Part shown: positions 17,275 to 26,266 of the stretch, piece after piece
How the letters are laid out: each line of letters opens with the position of its first letter
Numbering within the stretch: the stretch's first letter is position 1
Notes under the pieces: generated by a model
Seen by the model: the letters and a program-made list of their open reading frames with translations, nothing else
The model's database searches: none
What the model was told of the DNA's origin: nothing
Program-made: the position numbers and the translations under genes
IMG/VR virus record: IMGVR_UViG_3300025133_000019
Origin: a virus
Lineage: Duplodnaviria > Heunggongvirae > Uroviricota > Caudoviricetes
Reading direction: 5' to 3' (one strand)
DNA length: 64,000 bases

Positions 17275-17808
17275 ATGAGAAAGAACAAGTTAAAAATACG
17301 CACTAAAATCAAAAAATCTAGATATTCTGTTCGCAATCATAAATGCGGGATATGTTTTAGGATTATGTATGATGACAACGAGTTTTCTTTCTATTATCTT
17401 AACGGAAAAGAAAGTGTCCCAGTTCACGATGATTGCTATTTTTTGCCAGACTCCCTAGAAAGTTGTGTGGTCTGCGAAAGACCCATATCGTGGTACACAA
17501 CCGAGAGATTAGAATATGAAGGCAGAGCAGATGGAAGAGCTTTTTTTCATGAAGACTGTTATAACGTAAAACGTGCTGAATGCTTTATATGTAATAAGCC
17601 TCTTACATGCTTTGATACAGACGAGATCTGGTGGGATGAGGGAGATCCCGTTCACAGAATATGTTATGATGTTGTAAATAGTCTTGTGAATTCTAGAAGC
17701 CGTGATTTAGAATGTAGAATTTGCTGGGAAAGAATACGTCCTAATGAGACATATAAGATAGATCCCGATGGTAATACAATACACCCGGACTGTGAGTACT
17801 GGAGATAA
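17275..17808 (+). CDS. zinc-finger array protein, 4 fingers (variant motif ISWY/LTCF)
   Basis: CGIC..HDDC; CVVC..HEDC; CFIC..HRIC; CRIC..HPDC. Confidence 0.8.
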   Translation: MRKNKLKIRTKIKKSRYSVRNHKCGICFRIMYDDNEFSFYYLNGKESVPVHDDCYFLPDSLESCVVCERPISWYTTERLEYEGRADGRAFFHEDCYNVKRAECFICNKPLTCFDTDEIWWDEGDPVHRICYDVVNSLVNSRSRDLECRICWERIRPNETYKIDPDGNTIHPDCEYWR

Positions 17809-18181
17809 AGCTGTGTTTAAAAAATGTTATTGGTGCCAAGAAATAGTAACTCCTTTTACCAGATCTGTTGACCTAGTATCTGATATAGGTATTGGTATAG
17901 GACATGAACATTGCGCTGATAATTCTATACGAAATAGAACTTGCTATATATGCTATAGGTTTATTTCACCTTTAAATAAAGAAACGTTGTTATCAATGGG
18001 TAAAAAGAGGGTTTCTCACATTAACTGCCATAACTCACGTAAAACTTTCTTAAATAGAACCAAGCTGAGCAAATTTCTAGATACCTGTTCTATCTGTAAT
18101 CTACCGATAGATGAAAACGACAGGGTAGCAAGTAAATCTGGGCGGAAAATACACTTAGCATGCCAGATAGGATTGCGATGA
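17768..18181 (+). CDS. TP[YF] zinc-finger array protein, 3 fingers
   Basis: CYWC.VTPF..HEHC; CYIC.ISPL..HINC; CSIC..HLAC. Confidence 0.8.
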   Translation: MVIQYTRTVSTGDKAVFKKCYWCQEIVTPFTRSVDLVSDIGIGIGHEHCADNSIRNRTCYICYRFISPLNKETLLSMGKKRVSHINCHNSRKTFLNRTKLSKFLDTCSICNLPIDENDRVASKSGRKIHLACQIGLR

Positions 18182-18543
18182 ACCACAGGAAAAACTATAG
18201 TGGCCACCCCAAAAATTTAAACGACGGGAAGTCTTATTCACATCCCGAAGAAGACGAGTCCCCCAGATTCGGGGAGTACCACCCAGAGCCTTTGACGTGC
18301 ATGTACTGTGATCAAGCCTTAACTCCGTATGCAGAGTATGATATTCTAGATGATGAGGGATACCACACAGACTGCGAAGTTTTTGACGAGTCAGTAGGAA
18401 CAACCTGCGGAGTATGCGAAAGATTTATATCTCCATTTGGGGATACAGATTTTTATTATACATCCATAGGAGTAATACATGATTCGTGTTGGACAGAACA
18501 CATAAACCGAAGAGAAATCAACAGTCTAAAAAGAAAATGGTAA
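18178..18543 (+). CDS. TP[YF] zinc-finger array protein, 2 fingers
   Basis: CMYC.LTPY..HTDC; CGVC.ISPF..HDSC; ATGA coupling. Confidence 0.8.
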   Translation: MNHRKNYSGHPKNLNDGKSYSHPEEDESPRFGEYHPEPLTCMYCDQALTPYAEYDILDDEGYHTDCEVFDESVGTTCGVCERFISPFGDTDFYYTSIGVIHDSCWTEHINRREINSLKRKW

Positions 18544-18908
18544 AAGACCCAGATAATTCAAATAAAGCTCCGTTATTCCTAGGCTTTTCAGATGTTCTAT
18601 TAAGGTCCTGTTATAAATGCGGGTATATTATATCTCCTTTTGATATGTCAGAGAGTTTTATTTCACTATACGGATCTTACCACAAAGATTGTGCAACACT
18701 ACTAGATACCAAAAGGGAGAGCTGTAGTTTTTGTAATAAAATCCTTACCCCCTTTGATGAAGACAGAGAACACTTTGAATGTTATATGGCCGATTCTCAG
18801 CCTAAACCAGGATGCTCTAAATGCGGGGAAGCCTATACTCCCTATAGTGATACAGATCACTATGACTGTGATACCGATCCTAAGCATGAAAGAAAAGTTT
18901 TGAAGTGA
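18537..18908 (+). CDS. TP[YF] zinc-finger array protein, 3 fingers (short loops)
   Basis: CYKC.ISPF..HKDC; CSFC.LTPF..HFEC; CSKC.YTPY..HYDC. Confidence 0.8.
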   Translation: MVKDPDNSNKAPLFLGFSDVLLRSCYKCGYIISPFDMSESFISLYGSYHKDCATLLDTKRESCSFCNKILTPFDEDREHFECYMADSQPKPGCSKCGEAYTPYSDTDHYDCDTDPKHERKVLK

Positions 18909-19237
18909 GAAAAAATAAGATTAATGCAGAAGGATCTAAGATTCTTACTTGCGGAATTTGCCGTAGAATATCTAGCCCTTACGATAACAAAGGGATGACT
19001 TTCTCCAAAATCTTAGGGATTGTTCATATATCTTGCTTTGCAACCGGAAGTGCTAACACAACTGAGTACTGCCCCTTTTGTGAACGAGCTATAACTCCGT
19101 ATAGCGGACTTTTATCTGAAGCCTGGAATGGCTATAGATACCATAAATCTTGCCGTGCCTATTTCATAAATTCTCTAAAAAAAAGAAAAGAGGATAGAAG
19201 TACCGCCAACAAAACTAGATATCATGAGAGACACTAA
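18905..19237 (+). CDS. TP[YF] zinc-finger array protein, 2 fingers
   Basis: CGIC.SSPY..HISC; CPFC.ITPY..HKSC. Confidence 0.8.
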   Translation: MRKNKINAEGSKILTCGICRRISSPYDNKGMTFSKILGIVHISCFATGSANTTEYCPFCERAITPYSGLLSEAWNGYRYHKSCRAYFINSLKKRKEDRSTANKTRYHERH

Positions 19238-19643
19238 AGAAAATAGGATAAAAGATATTCAAAGACATTCTAGGTTTGATGATGATAAGTCTATTCCGGT
19301 TTGTGGGTTTTGTGGCCTTCGTATGAGCCCTTTTGATACTTATGAATATTCTGGTAGAGCTAACTTCTACTATCATATCAATTGCTTTCTCTGGTCTAAA
19401 GAGACTGTAGAAAGGTGTGAAGTATGTTTAGGGATGCTCAGTCCATTCGGAGAAAGTTACTATAACAACATTCACCGATCTTGCTCCTATTCTAATATGG
19501 TTTCCAAAAAATCTTGCGGGATTTGTGGTTATAAGTTTAGCCCTTTTGGTTCAGAGGTCATACTTCACTCTTCTAGCAGCGGAGGCAGGACATCTTTAGT
19601 GCATGAGCTATGTTGTATAACTCGTAAAAACCGGGTAAAATAA
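19224..19643 (+). CDS. TP[YF] zinc-finger array protein, 3 fingers
   Basis: CGFC.MSPF..HINC; CEVC.LSPF..HRSC; CGIC.FSPF..HELC. Confidence 0.8.
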   Translation: MRDTKENRIKDIQRHSRFDDDKSIPVCGFCGLRMSPFDTYEYSGRANFYYHINCFLWSKETVERCEVCLGMLSPFGESYYNNIHRSCSYSNMVSKKSCGICGYKFSPFGSEVILHSSSSGGRTSLVHELCCITRKNRVK

Positions 19644-19645
19644 CT

Positions 19646-19984
19646 ATGGATCTTAGCCACAGAAAAAGACTTCGAGGTAACAGTAGATCTCCTAGCTATA
19701 CATGTTCGATCTGTGGCAGTGTTATCAGCCCTTATTCGGATGAGATATGCGTAATAACAGACCATGAAGGCAGTTTCATTAAGATGCAGCACGAAAACTG
19801 CTACTTATATCACCATGATAGACTAGAAGTCTGTCAAGAGTGTGGGCTAGTAGTAAACTCTCCCTACAACCGGGAAAGATGTTTATTCTACAAATATAGC
19901 TATATTCATCAGAGCTGCTTGGAATTTAAAATAGATAGCAAATGTCAGGATAATCTTATCAAGTACAATAAGAACTTGAAATAA
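19646..19984 (+). CDS. TP[YF] zinc-finger array protein, 2 fingers
   Basis: CSIC.ISPY..HENC; CQEC.NSPY..HQSC. Confidence 0.8.
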   Translation: MDLSHRKRLRGNSRSPSYTCSICGSVISPYSDEICVITDHEGSFIKMQHENCYLYHHDRLEVCQECGLVVNSPYNRERCLFYKYSYIHQSCLEFKIDSKCQDNLIKYNKNLK

Positions 19985-20006
19985 ATATTTTGTTTTCCAT
20001 TACAAC

Positions 20007-20231
20007 GTGGAGCATAAAGTTTGTAGTTACTGTAGAAAAGTGATAACCCCGTTTGATTTACAAAAAATAACTACTATATCTGAGGATACTTTTTGTCACT
20101 CTTCTTGTGAGGAGAACATAATAGAAAAGTGGATAAACTATTGCTCTTTTTTCATACAAAACAACTCTAGCCGTCCTAAAACAAAACCCTCCACGGACAC
20201 AGATTCCAAGAAAAACTCTTACTATTCATAA
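20007..20231 (+). CDS. TP[YF] zinc-finger array protein, 1 finger
   Basis: CSYC.ITPF..HSSC. Confidence 0.7.
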   Translation: MEHKVCSYCRKVITPFDLQKITTISEDTFCHSSCEENIIEKWINYCSFFIQNNSSRPKTKPSTDTDSKKNSYYS

Positions 20232-20273
20232 ATAACTCTTTGAATATTAAACCGTTTACTGTATTATATTGCT

Positions 20274-20579
20274 ATGAGAGCTGACCCGGACAAGGGCTTT
20301 AACAAAAGTACCGGATTCATCCTTAGGAATAAGGGTTGTAATTGGTGTAACCAGCCCTGTGTTACTTTGTACTGCTCTTGGCTATGTTATATATCATACA
20401 ACGGGCAAGTTTTTACTCATTGTATAGAATGTCTTAAAAGGATTACTCCTTACGACAAAAACATATCCCCTGTGTCTAGTATGTCTTTGGGAACGATCCT
20501 TAAAAAAGGAGTGGTCCACGACCACTGTAAAAAAGAATCATACGAAAAACGCTCTGGTTCTATTGATTTCTCCAGATAA
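20274..20579 (+). CDS. TP[YF] zinc-finger array protein (terminal member)
   Basis: CNWC..CSWLC; CIEC.ITPY..HDHC. Confidence 0.72.
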   Translation: MRADPDKGFNKSTGFILRNKGCNWCNQPCVTLYCSWLCYISYNGQVFTHCIECLKRITPYDKNISPVSSMSLGTILKKGVVHDHCKKESYEKRSGSIDFSR

Positions 20580-21098
20580 AAATCTTTTAAATCTCTTTGT
20601 TTCGTTCTCACGGTCCTTTTTTAGTAGGTCCAAACAGCTAGGTATTTCGTCTCTTTCATGGTTTTTGATAGCTAACCACACTAACTCTCTAGAAACCTCT
20701 CTAATATCACGTAATTCGCCCCCTGCCATACACAATGGCTCTAAGGTTGCCCCCCTAGTTTCCAAGTAATTAGATAAATCCCTAGAAACCGAGTCTGTAT
20801 TTAGCTTTCCTCCAGCTCCCTTGTGCTCGAAAAAGTCGTCGTTTTCAAAGAAAGAGCCTCTCACTATCACATAAAGCTCCATTTTTGAGGCCCCGGATAC
20901 TCTGTGGTATTCAGCTTTAACATCTGACAACACTGAAAAATCTAAGAGACCCTTCGAAGTTCTTATTTTAATGACGTTATCACTTGTATTAATCCGGCAA
21001 TCGCAAAATCTAGAGAAAAAGTCTTCCATCCCTCGGATAATTTCAGAGGACAAAGTAACAAAGTTAGAAAACTTAAAGTCCTCTTTATTCAGAAGCAT
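20538..21098 (-). CDS. hypothetical protein
   Basis: 186-aa ORF with GGAGG SD, convergent on the array. Confidence 0.7.
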   Translation of the reverse strand: MLLNKEDFKFSNFVTLSSEIIRGMEDFFSRFCDCRINTSDNVIKIRTSKGLLDFSVLSDVKAEYHRVSGASKMELYVIVRGSFFENDDFFEHKGAGGKLNTDSVSRDLSNYLETRGATLEPLCMAGGELRDIREVSRELVWLAIKNHERDEIPSCLDLLKKDRENETKRFKRFLSGEINRTRAFFV

Positions 21099-21261
21099 CT
21101 TTTGTATTCAGAGCCTCCACCTCTTCCTCAGTAAATTCCCGTTTAGCCGTTTGCTTAAGCTTTTCCGTCAATTCCGCAACTTTCTTTTTAAGTTCAGAAT
21201 TCTCCTTCTCCAGACTTTGTACGGTTCTCATTAATTCTGCATCTTCTTTTATTGAGCGCAT
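21085..21261 (-). CDS. small coiled-coil protein (58 aa, MRSIKEDAELMRTVQSLEKENSELKKKVAEL...)
   Basis: AAAGGCAGG SD; heptad pattern; not in ORF track. Confidence 0.65.
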   Translation of the reverse strand: MRSIKEDAELMRTVQSLEKENSELKKKVAELTEKLKQTAKREFTEEEVEALNTKDASE

Positions 21262-21682
21262 AATTCCTGCCTTTCAAAGTATACTCAATTGTATACTTTA
21301 GATTCTTGCTTCACAGAATCAGTTTCACTTGGAATAGTTGGTAACAACCACTCAAAGCCAGAGCTGATTTCTCCGCAAGCTTAAAGTTCCGCATGGCCTG
21401 CGGTATTTATACTTATTTTTTGTAGTTTTCTAAGATAACTTGGTTCTCGTTACTTAAAAGACTGTGGTAATAGTATAAACTGAATCTTTGTGTTTGTCAA
21501 TATTTATAGTGTTAGTATTATAAACACCTTTGAAAATACTTAAGCACAATTATGTTGCCTGAGTATTACTCCTTTTGACAATAGTAGTTCGAAACCTTAG
21601 TTATGTCAATCTATTTTAATTCTTTTTTTGATCCATATTAGACCAACTTGATAAAGTGTCCGGTATGCTGTAGTATATAACC

Positions 21683-21852
21683 ATACGAAAACATGAAAGT
21701 TATTGACACAAGTTATTAAACTTGTTGTAGATAACGGGTAGAGTAAAGCCCTTGTAAGTCGAGACTTGCTAAAAAGTGATAGTATCACTTAATACTCAAA
21801 TTAACCTCCTTTGTTTTCCTGGACTCGGTCTACACAGACCGAGTCCTTTTTT
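21683..21852 (+). ncRNA. candidate ~170-nt structured small RNA with exposed anti-SD tract
   Basis: TTGATA-17-TAGTAT promoter (21648-21676), several hairpins, CCTCCTTTGTT at 21805-21815, strong terminator, no substantial + strand ORF. Confidence 0.55.
21821..21852 (+). terminator. intrinsic terminator
   Basis: GGACTCGGTC-TACACA-GACCGAGTCC-TTTTTT. Confidence 0.9.
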
Positions 21853-21861
21853 AGTCCCTAA

Positions 21862-21890
21862 TTGATCAAAAGAATCTTAATCTATATAAT
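21862..21890 (+). promoter_or_regulatory. sigma70-type promoter for dNK
   Basis: TTGATC-17-TATAAT. Confidence 0.75.
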
Positions 21891-21910
21891 AAAGTTACTA
21901 TTATTTACCA

Positions 21911-22564
21911 ATGGAGAAGCTTATGAATTTATTTAAGATTTATGGAGTAATGGGGTGCGGTAAAAGCACTTTAACCGAAGCTCTTGCAAAAGAATTTAAT
22001 GCCTCGTTATGGATAGAACCTTTTAAGGAGAACCCCTTTTTACCCCTTTTTTACAAAGAAATGTCCGAAATACCCAATAATTCATATAATAAGTACGGTT
22101 TGCCCCTCCAATTATTTTTTCTTACTTCTTATATGAGACAGAATTCCGATATACTAGAGAACACTGGGAATATTAACATACAGGACGGAGGAGCTTTTAG
22201 TGGGTTTGCTTTTACAAAGACTCAATATCGAAGTGGTATGATAAGCAAGTTTGAGTACGAGTACTTTACTTCTCTTTTTAAAAATCTAAAATCTAGATTA
22301 GATATAAATTACTATACCTTTTATCTAGATTTAGACGTAAAAGAATCTTACCGGAGGGTTCTTAAACGTGCTAAAGAAGATCCTAGCCGGTCTCAGGAAA
22401 CCAGTGCTCCTATAGAATATCTAGAAATGCTGGACGAATGTTATAAAGAAGCTTTTGAGGAGTTAGAAATACCAGTAGAATATGTGGATGTTAACGGGTT
22501 AAGTATTGAAGAAGGGTCAGAAATGTTTTCTGGCCGAATAGAGACTTTAGTAAAGAGACTTTAA
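21911..22564 (+). CDS. deoxynucleoside kinase
   Basis: P-loop GVMGCGKST, EP...NPFLPLFY, LQLFFL, RVLKR, EYLEML. Confidence 0.88.
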   Translation: MEKLMNLFKIYGVMGCGKSTLTEALAKEFNASLWIEPFKENPFLPLFYKEMSEIPNNSYNKYGLPLQLFFLTSYMRQNSDILENTGNINIQDGGAFSGFAFTKTQYRSGMISKFEYEYFTSLFKNLKSRLDINYYTFYLDLDVKESYRRVLKRAKEDPSRSQETSAPIEYLEMLDECYKEAFEELEIPVEYVDVNGLSIEEGSEMFSGRIETLVKRL

Positions 22565-23113
22565 TTTGGAGACGTAGTTACTTACTGTTTTGTTTAAGCT
22601 TTCTTTTGAAGAGATCGTTACTTTGGCTTCTTCTCTGTCCCCGTCTTCAAGATAAATAGATCCCGCTAGCCTATGGTCGCCACAAAATACTGTTCCAGTG
22701 GTGATAGAGAAAGTGTATTTCTCTGGGAAGCTAAGCTTAACTTTAATTTCGCAGTTACTGCTGGAAAGTTTTCCAGAAATAAGAGTCCCGTGTTTAGCTA
22801 GTTCCCTAATTAACTCGGAAACACCGTCTGGAAGTTTAGAAGTGAAATGTTTAGTGGTTTCGTTAATACCACTTATAAACGCATTGAAAAGACCTTCGTT
22901 CCACTCTTTCTGGGTTTGGGATATAACTGAAGACTCTCCTAATACTTTACATCGGTACTCGTCACTGCTATAGCTTATAAAAACTATGATATCGTTAATG
23001 CAGCACACCCAGCATCCTCTATCTTGGATAATGTCAGCCCCGTAAGAAACAAGGGAAGTTCTGATTATTGAAGATTCAACTGATGCCATAACCTGTTCTT
23101 CAAAGAAATACAA
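22547..23113 (-). CDS. hypothetical protein
   Basis: 188-aa ORF. Confidence 0.6.
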   Translation of the reverse strand: MYFFEEQVMASVESSIIRTSLVSYGADIIQDRGCWVCCINDIIVFISYSSDEYRCKVLGESSVISQTQKEWNEGLFNAFISGINETTKHFTSKLPDGVSELIRELAKHGTLISGKLSSSNCEIKVKLSFPEKYTFSITTGTVFCGDHRLAGSIYLEDGDREEAKVTISSKESLNKTVSNYVSKLKSLY

Positions 23114-23197
23114 AATCGGTAATCCGAAGAAAGGAGTAAATTTAAGGTGAAATAAGACATTTTGTTATAACAACGCTAAAACAGCATAGTAATCTTA

Positions 23198-23395
23198 TCA
23201 ATTATCCGTGGGTGAAAAGTATAAGTCAACCTCTTTCTTTAAGGATTCCCATTTACCTTGATCTAAACAAAATCTAGGTAACGACCCGTTAAACACAAGT
23301 CTGGAATCCTCAGAACACACAGAGACAGCGACAATAAGTTCCTCGTCCCAACAATCCTTTAGTCGGAGAATCTCATCTCCCTCTCTGTATTCCAC
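23198..23395 (-). CDS. hypothetical protein
   Basis: 65-aa ORF filling the gap between neighbours. Confidence 0.45.
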   Translation of the reverse strand: MEYREGDEILRLKDCWDEELIVAVSVCSEDSRLVFNGSLPRFCLDQGKWESLKKEVDLYFSPTDN

Positions 23396-23496
23396 TAATC
23401 CAATATAGCAAAGTGTTGATCCAAATGCAACTGTTCGTTATCATATAGATATTTATTAAAAATAATTATTTGGTTTCTGTTTGAAATAGGAGAGCT

Positions 23497-24279
23497 ATGA
23501 ATTCAGAAGATTTGAAATACCTAGAAGAGTACAGGACATCAATAGCCGAAAAGGACTTTGATAAAAATAACCCAGGAATCAGTTGTCCAGAGATACTGAA
23601 GTTTCTATCTTTGTGCTGCTCCTCTTTTCTAGTGGGCTATACCTTTACCTCCTTCATGCTGCTATCAATTTTCGGAGCAAGTATACCTATGTTAATAGCT
23701 AGCTTAGCTGCTACCTCCCTATCAATCCACTTCGCTACGTCAAACACTCTTTATCACGGAGCGGTAGAGCCGTTTTTATTTTGGGCGAACAAAAAATTAT
23801 TTGTAAAAGCTAGGCTAAAAAAAGATCCTGATATAACGGAAATCATGGACTTCAGTAAGACCAGAATTAAAGAAGAATATAATAAAGTTCTCTCTAAATC
23901 TTTTAGAATACTAGATCAACTCCAAGAATCCGCAGATAATTTAGAGGATATTTATCATGAATCCCTCGGATTACCCGATATAAACAGCAGAACAAAAAAT
24001 CAGATTCTTGATTTAGACGAGAAAATTAAGAACGTTGAAATTAGAATAGAAAGACTAACTTCAAAAAGAGACTTATTACTGAAGAATATTGATACTTCTA
24101 AAAAATGGCTACAAGAAGAAAGAAACCTGGATAGAATAAATAAAGAACTAGAGTCCCTACAAAACCCAGAACTAATAGACTTTGACAAAGACTCCCCAGT
24201 AAGTATTGAAGGATTGACCGAAAAAATAGATGAAGATGTTCAATACTTCTTGGACTATAAAGAGGAATTGGATAACTAA
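23497..24279 (+). CDS. membrane protein with C-terminal coiled coil
   Basis: Two hydrophobic segments at aa ~35-80; AGGAG SD; TTGATC-17-TATCAT promoter at 23416-23444. Confidence 0.75.
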   Translation: MNSEDLKYLEEYRTSIAEKDFDKNNPGISCPEILKFLSLCCSSFLVGYTFTSFMLLSIFGASIPMLIASLAATSLSIHFATSNTLYHGAVEPFLFWANKKLFVKARLKKDPDITEIMDFSKTRIKEEYNKVLSKSFRILDQLQESADNLEDIYHESLGLPDINSRTKNQILDLDEKIKNVEIRIERLTSKRDLLLKNIDTSKKWLQEERNLDRINKELESLQNPELIDFDKDSPVSIEGLTEKIDEDVQYFLDYKEELDN

Positions 24280-24605
24280 TGCCCGAAGTACTCTTGTATA
24301 TAGTACTATCTTTAGCATCTTATTTATACCTATTAAAAGTATACCTTCCCTTCTTATCCGGTTCAACTAGATTAAACAGAAAAGGCGGGATTCCATTTCC
24401 CCTTCTTAGCTATCTGAAAACACAGAAAACTCTCCTTTTAACCGTCAAGAGAAGCTTTTTACATACAAAAATAATAGCCCTCTGTTTTGGAGGGCTATTA
24501 TTTTTGTGGGCTTTAGCCAGTGTGTTTTATATTATACAATGTAAGCTAGTCGTTAGAACCTCCAAGAAGGGAGAGAAGGTGTATGAACAGATTAAGGAAG
24601 TCTAA
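24279..24605 (+). CDS. small membrane protein
   Basis: Two hydrophobic segments; TAATG coupling. Confidence 0.6.
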   Translation: MPEVLLYIVLSLASYLYLLKVYLPFLSGSTRLNRKGGIPFPLLSYLKTQKTLLLTVKRSFLHTKIIALCFGGLLFLWALASVFYIIQCKLVVRTSKKGEKVYEQIKEV

Positions 24606-25229
24606 GTATATGTCTAAGGCTCCTCTTAAAGCTAATTTCAAGCCTTCCTGAGTTTCCTCAATTCCTGGTCTGTAGGATTGCTTTGTCCTTTGTGTGTCGT
24701 AAGATATTAAACCTGTAAAAAGAAATACTGCAAAACAAGATATCAACACCGAGAAGCTAGAACTCATAATAAAGATATTGGCTACCATTACTACAATGAG
24801 ACCTATTAAAGATGCCAAGAAGAAATTACCAAGGCCACCAAAATCTTTTTTCGTGAAAAAGCCTACCACACTCATAATGACAACCGTCGAAGTGGTTAAA
24901 ATAAATGCTGTCGCTATACTCTCACCCGTATAATACATAAGGAGAGGTGTTAAGGTAGCCCCATTGAGAATGCTAAACAAGGCAAATATAGACCCCAATC
25001 TTGTGAAGGTCATGCTATTTAGAGAGGAGGCCATTCTAAACACTAAATAGAACTCCGCTATTATTAAAGATATAAAAATCCAAGGAGTGGAGACGGCAGT
25101 TAGTATCTCCGGCACACTGGAAATAGTATAAGAGGTTAAAGCTGTCGTAGCCAAGCCGAGAGACAAGAAAGCGTATACATGAGACATGAAAGTAGAAACA
25201 CTCCCCTGCCTAACTTTTGATTGAGACAT
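24546..25229 (-). CDS. Bax inhibitor-1/YccA (YbhL-like) membrane protein
   Basis: About 7 TM segments; SYDTQR and GALDIYLDFLNLF signature. Confidence 0.9.
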   Translation of the reverse strand: MSQSKVRQGSVSTFMSHVYAFLSLGLATTALTSYTISSVPEILTAVSTPWIFISLIIAEFYLVFRMASSLNSMTFTRLGSIFALFSILNGATLTPLLMYYTGESIATAFILTTSTVVIMSVVGFFTKKDFGGLGNFFLASLIGLIVVMVANIFIMSSSFSVLISCFAVFLFTGLISYDTQRTKQSYRPGIEETQEGLKLALRGALDIYLDFLNLFIHLLSLLGGSND

Positions 25230-25277
25230 GAATTCTCCTGTTATATTAAATGAATTTTTATATATTATAGAACAAAG

Positions 25278-25901
25278 ATGACAAAAAGTAAACTGCTAAA
25301 TATTTATATAGATGTTATATCTGAGTATGACCCTTCTTTAAATTACGATAAAACTCAATACAAAAAACTTAGAGAAGAAAAGTTAATGCAGATCTTGAAT
25401 ACAAGCGGATTCAATGATTTTGTTGACATAGTAGACGAAATAGAAAGACCGTCACAATCCTTACAAGACTTCATCCTTAGTAAATGGGGAGGAAAAGGAT
25501 TCCCTTATATCAATGAACCAAGTGTTCAAACAGTTCAAAGAGGAGTTGAGGAAGACCCGGATAACTACTTATACGTTATCAACCCTCCCGAGGAAATATC
25601 TCTAGACTACATAAAAAAAGACGCATCCGAAGAAGGCATAAGAAACATTCATGTTCTACAAGCTCTAGGATTCATACCTAGTGACAAGTTACAATTAGAA
25701 ATGGTTAGGAATAATCCGTTCATTATCGAAACATTTTTTAAGGCTGACAAAGAATATATGCCTAAAGATGTTATACTGTTAGCTGCTGTGAATAAATCCA
25801 AAGGAAAGATTTATCCTTTACTAAAGGAATACTTACAGGAAATTCCAGAACTAATAGAGCTAGCCTCTTTTAAACTGGACCCAGCAAATAGAGAGGTTTG
25901 A
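25278..25901 (+). CDS. hypothetical protein with short helical PSxxxQLxxV-like repeats
   Basis: PSVQTVQRGV, PSDKLQLEMV, PKDVILLAAV. Confidence 0.6.
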   Translation: MTKSKLLNIYIDVISEYDPSLNYDKTQYKKLREEKLMQILNTSGFNDFVDIVDEIERPSQSLQDFILSKWGGKGFPYINEPSVQTVQRGVEEDPDNYLYVINPPEEISLDYIKKDASEEGIRNIHVLQALGFIPSDKLQLEMVRNNPFIIETFFKADKEYMPKDVILLAAVNKSKGKIYPLLKEYLQEIPELIELASFKLDPANREV

Positions 25902-25902
25902 T

Positions 25903-26205
25903 ATGGAATATTATATTTTATTCGGGGCTGCGTGGGCATCTTGTTTCATAGGCATGTATTTTAATGCGTGGGTATCAGGCAGTTTTAACAAGATAGACGA
26001 CAAGTCTGCTTTAGAAATGACCACCCGTGACCACATAGTTCAATTCAAGAAGCTTGATAAGCTAATAAATTTTTATGGGGACCTCAATTTAAAAGAAAAA
26101 ATTATATGTGTTTCTTTTGGATTTGGCCTCTTTATTTTCGCAACAGTCTATGGCTTATACTGGTATTTAAAGTATTTAGCCCATAGATATTTTTTCTCCC
26201 GATAA
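25903..26205 (+). CDS. small membrane protein
   Basis: Two hydrophobic segments; GAGG SD. Confidence 0.65.
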   Translation: MEYYILFGAAWASCFIGMYFNAWVSGSFNKIDDKSALEMTTRDHIVQFKKLDKLINFYGDLNLKEKIICVSFGFGLFIFATVYGLYWYLKYLAHRYFFSR

Positions 26206-26266
26206 ACTTGGCATATTTCTTGTAATAGTGTTAATGTAAATTAACTTTATTAGCAAGGAGAAAACG

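Noticed and set aside
10854-20579. The ITPY-coding DNA ATAACTCCTTAT resembles an anti-SD, a - strand SD or a CRISPR-like repeat
   Set aside because: Synonymous variants (ACTCCG, ACCCCT, ACACCC, TCTCCA) and irregular spacing show protein-level conservation; there are no consistent - strand ORFs
10854-20579. Diversity-generating retroelement as the source of finger variation
   Set aside because: No reverse transcriptase or TR/VR pair with adenine-specific differences is visible in the window
21606-21788. 60-aa - strand ORF using AAGGAGG at 21805-21811 as SD
   Set aside because: The SD is ~16 nt from the GTG, the composition is not protein-like, and the promoter and terminator are oriented on the + strand
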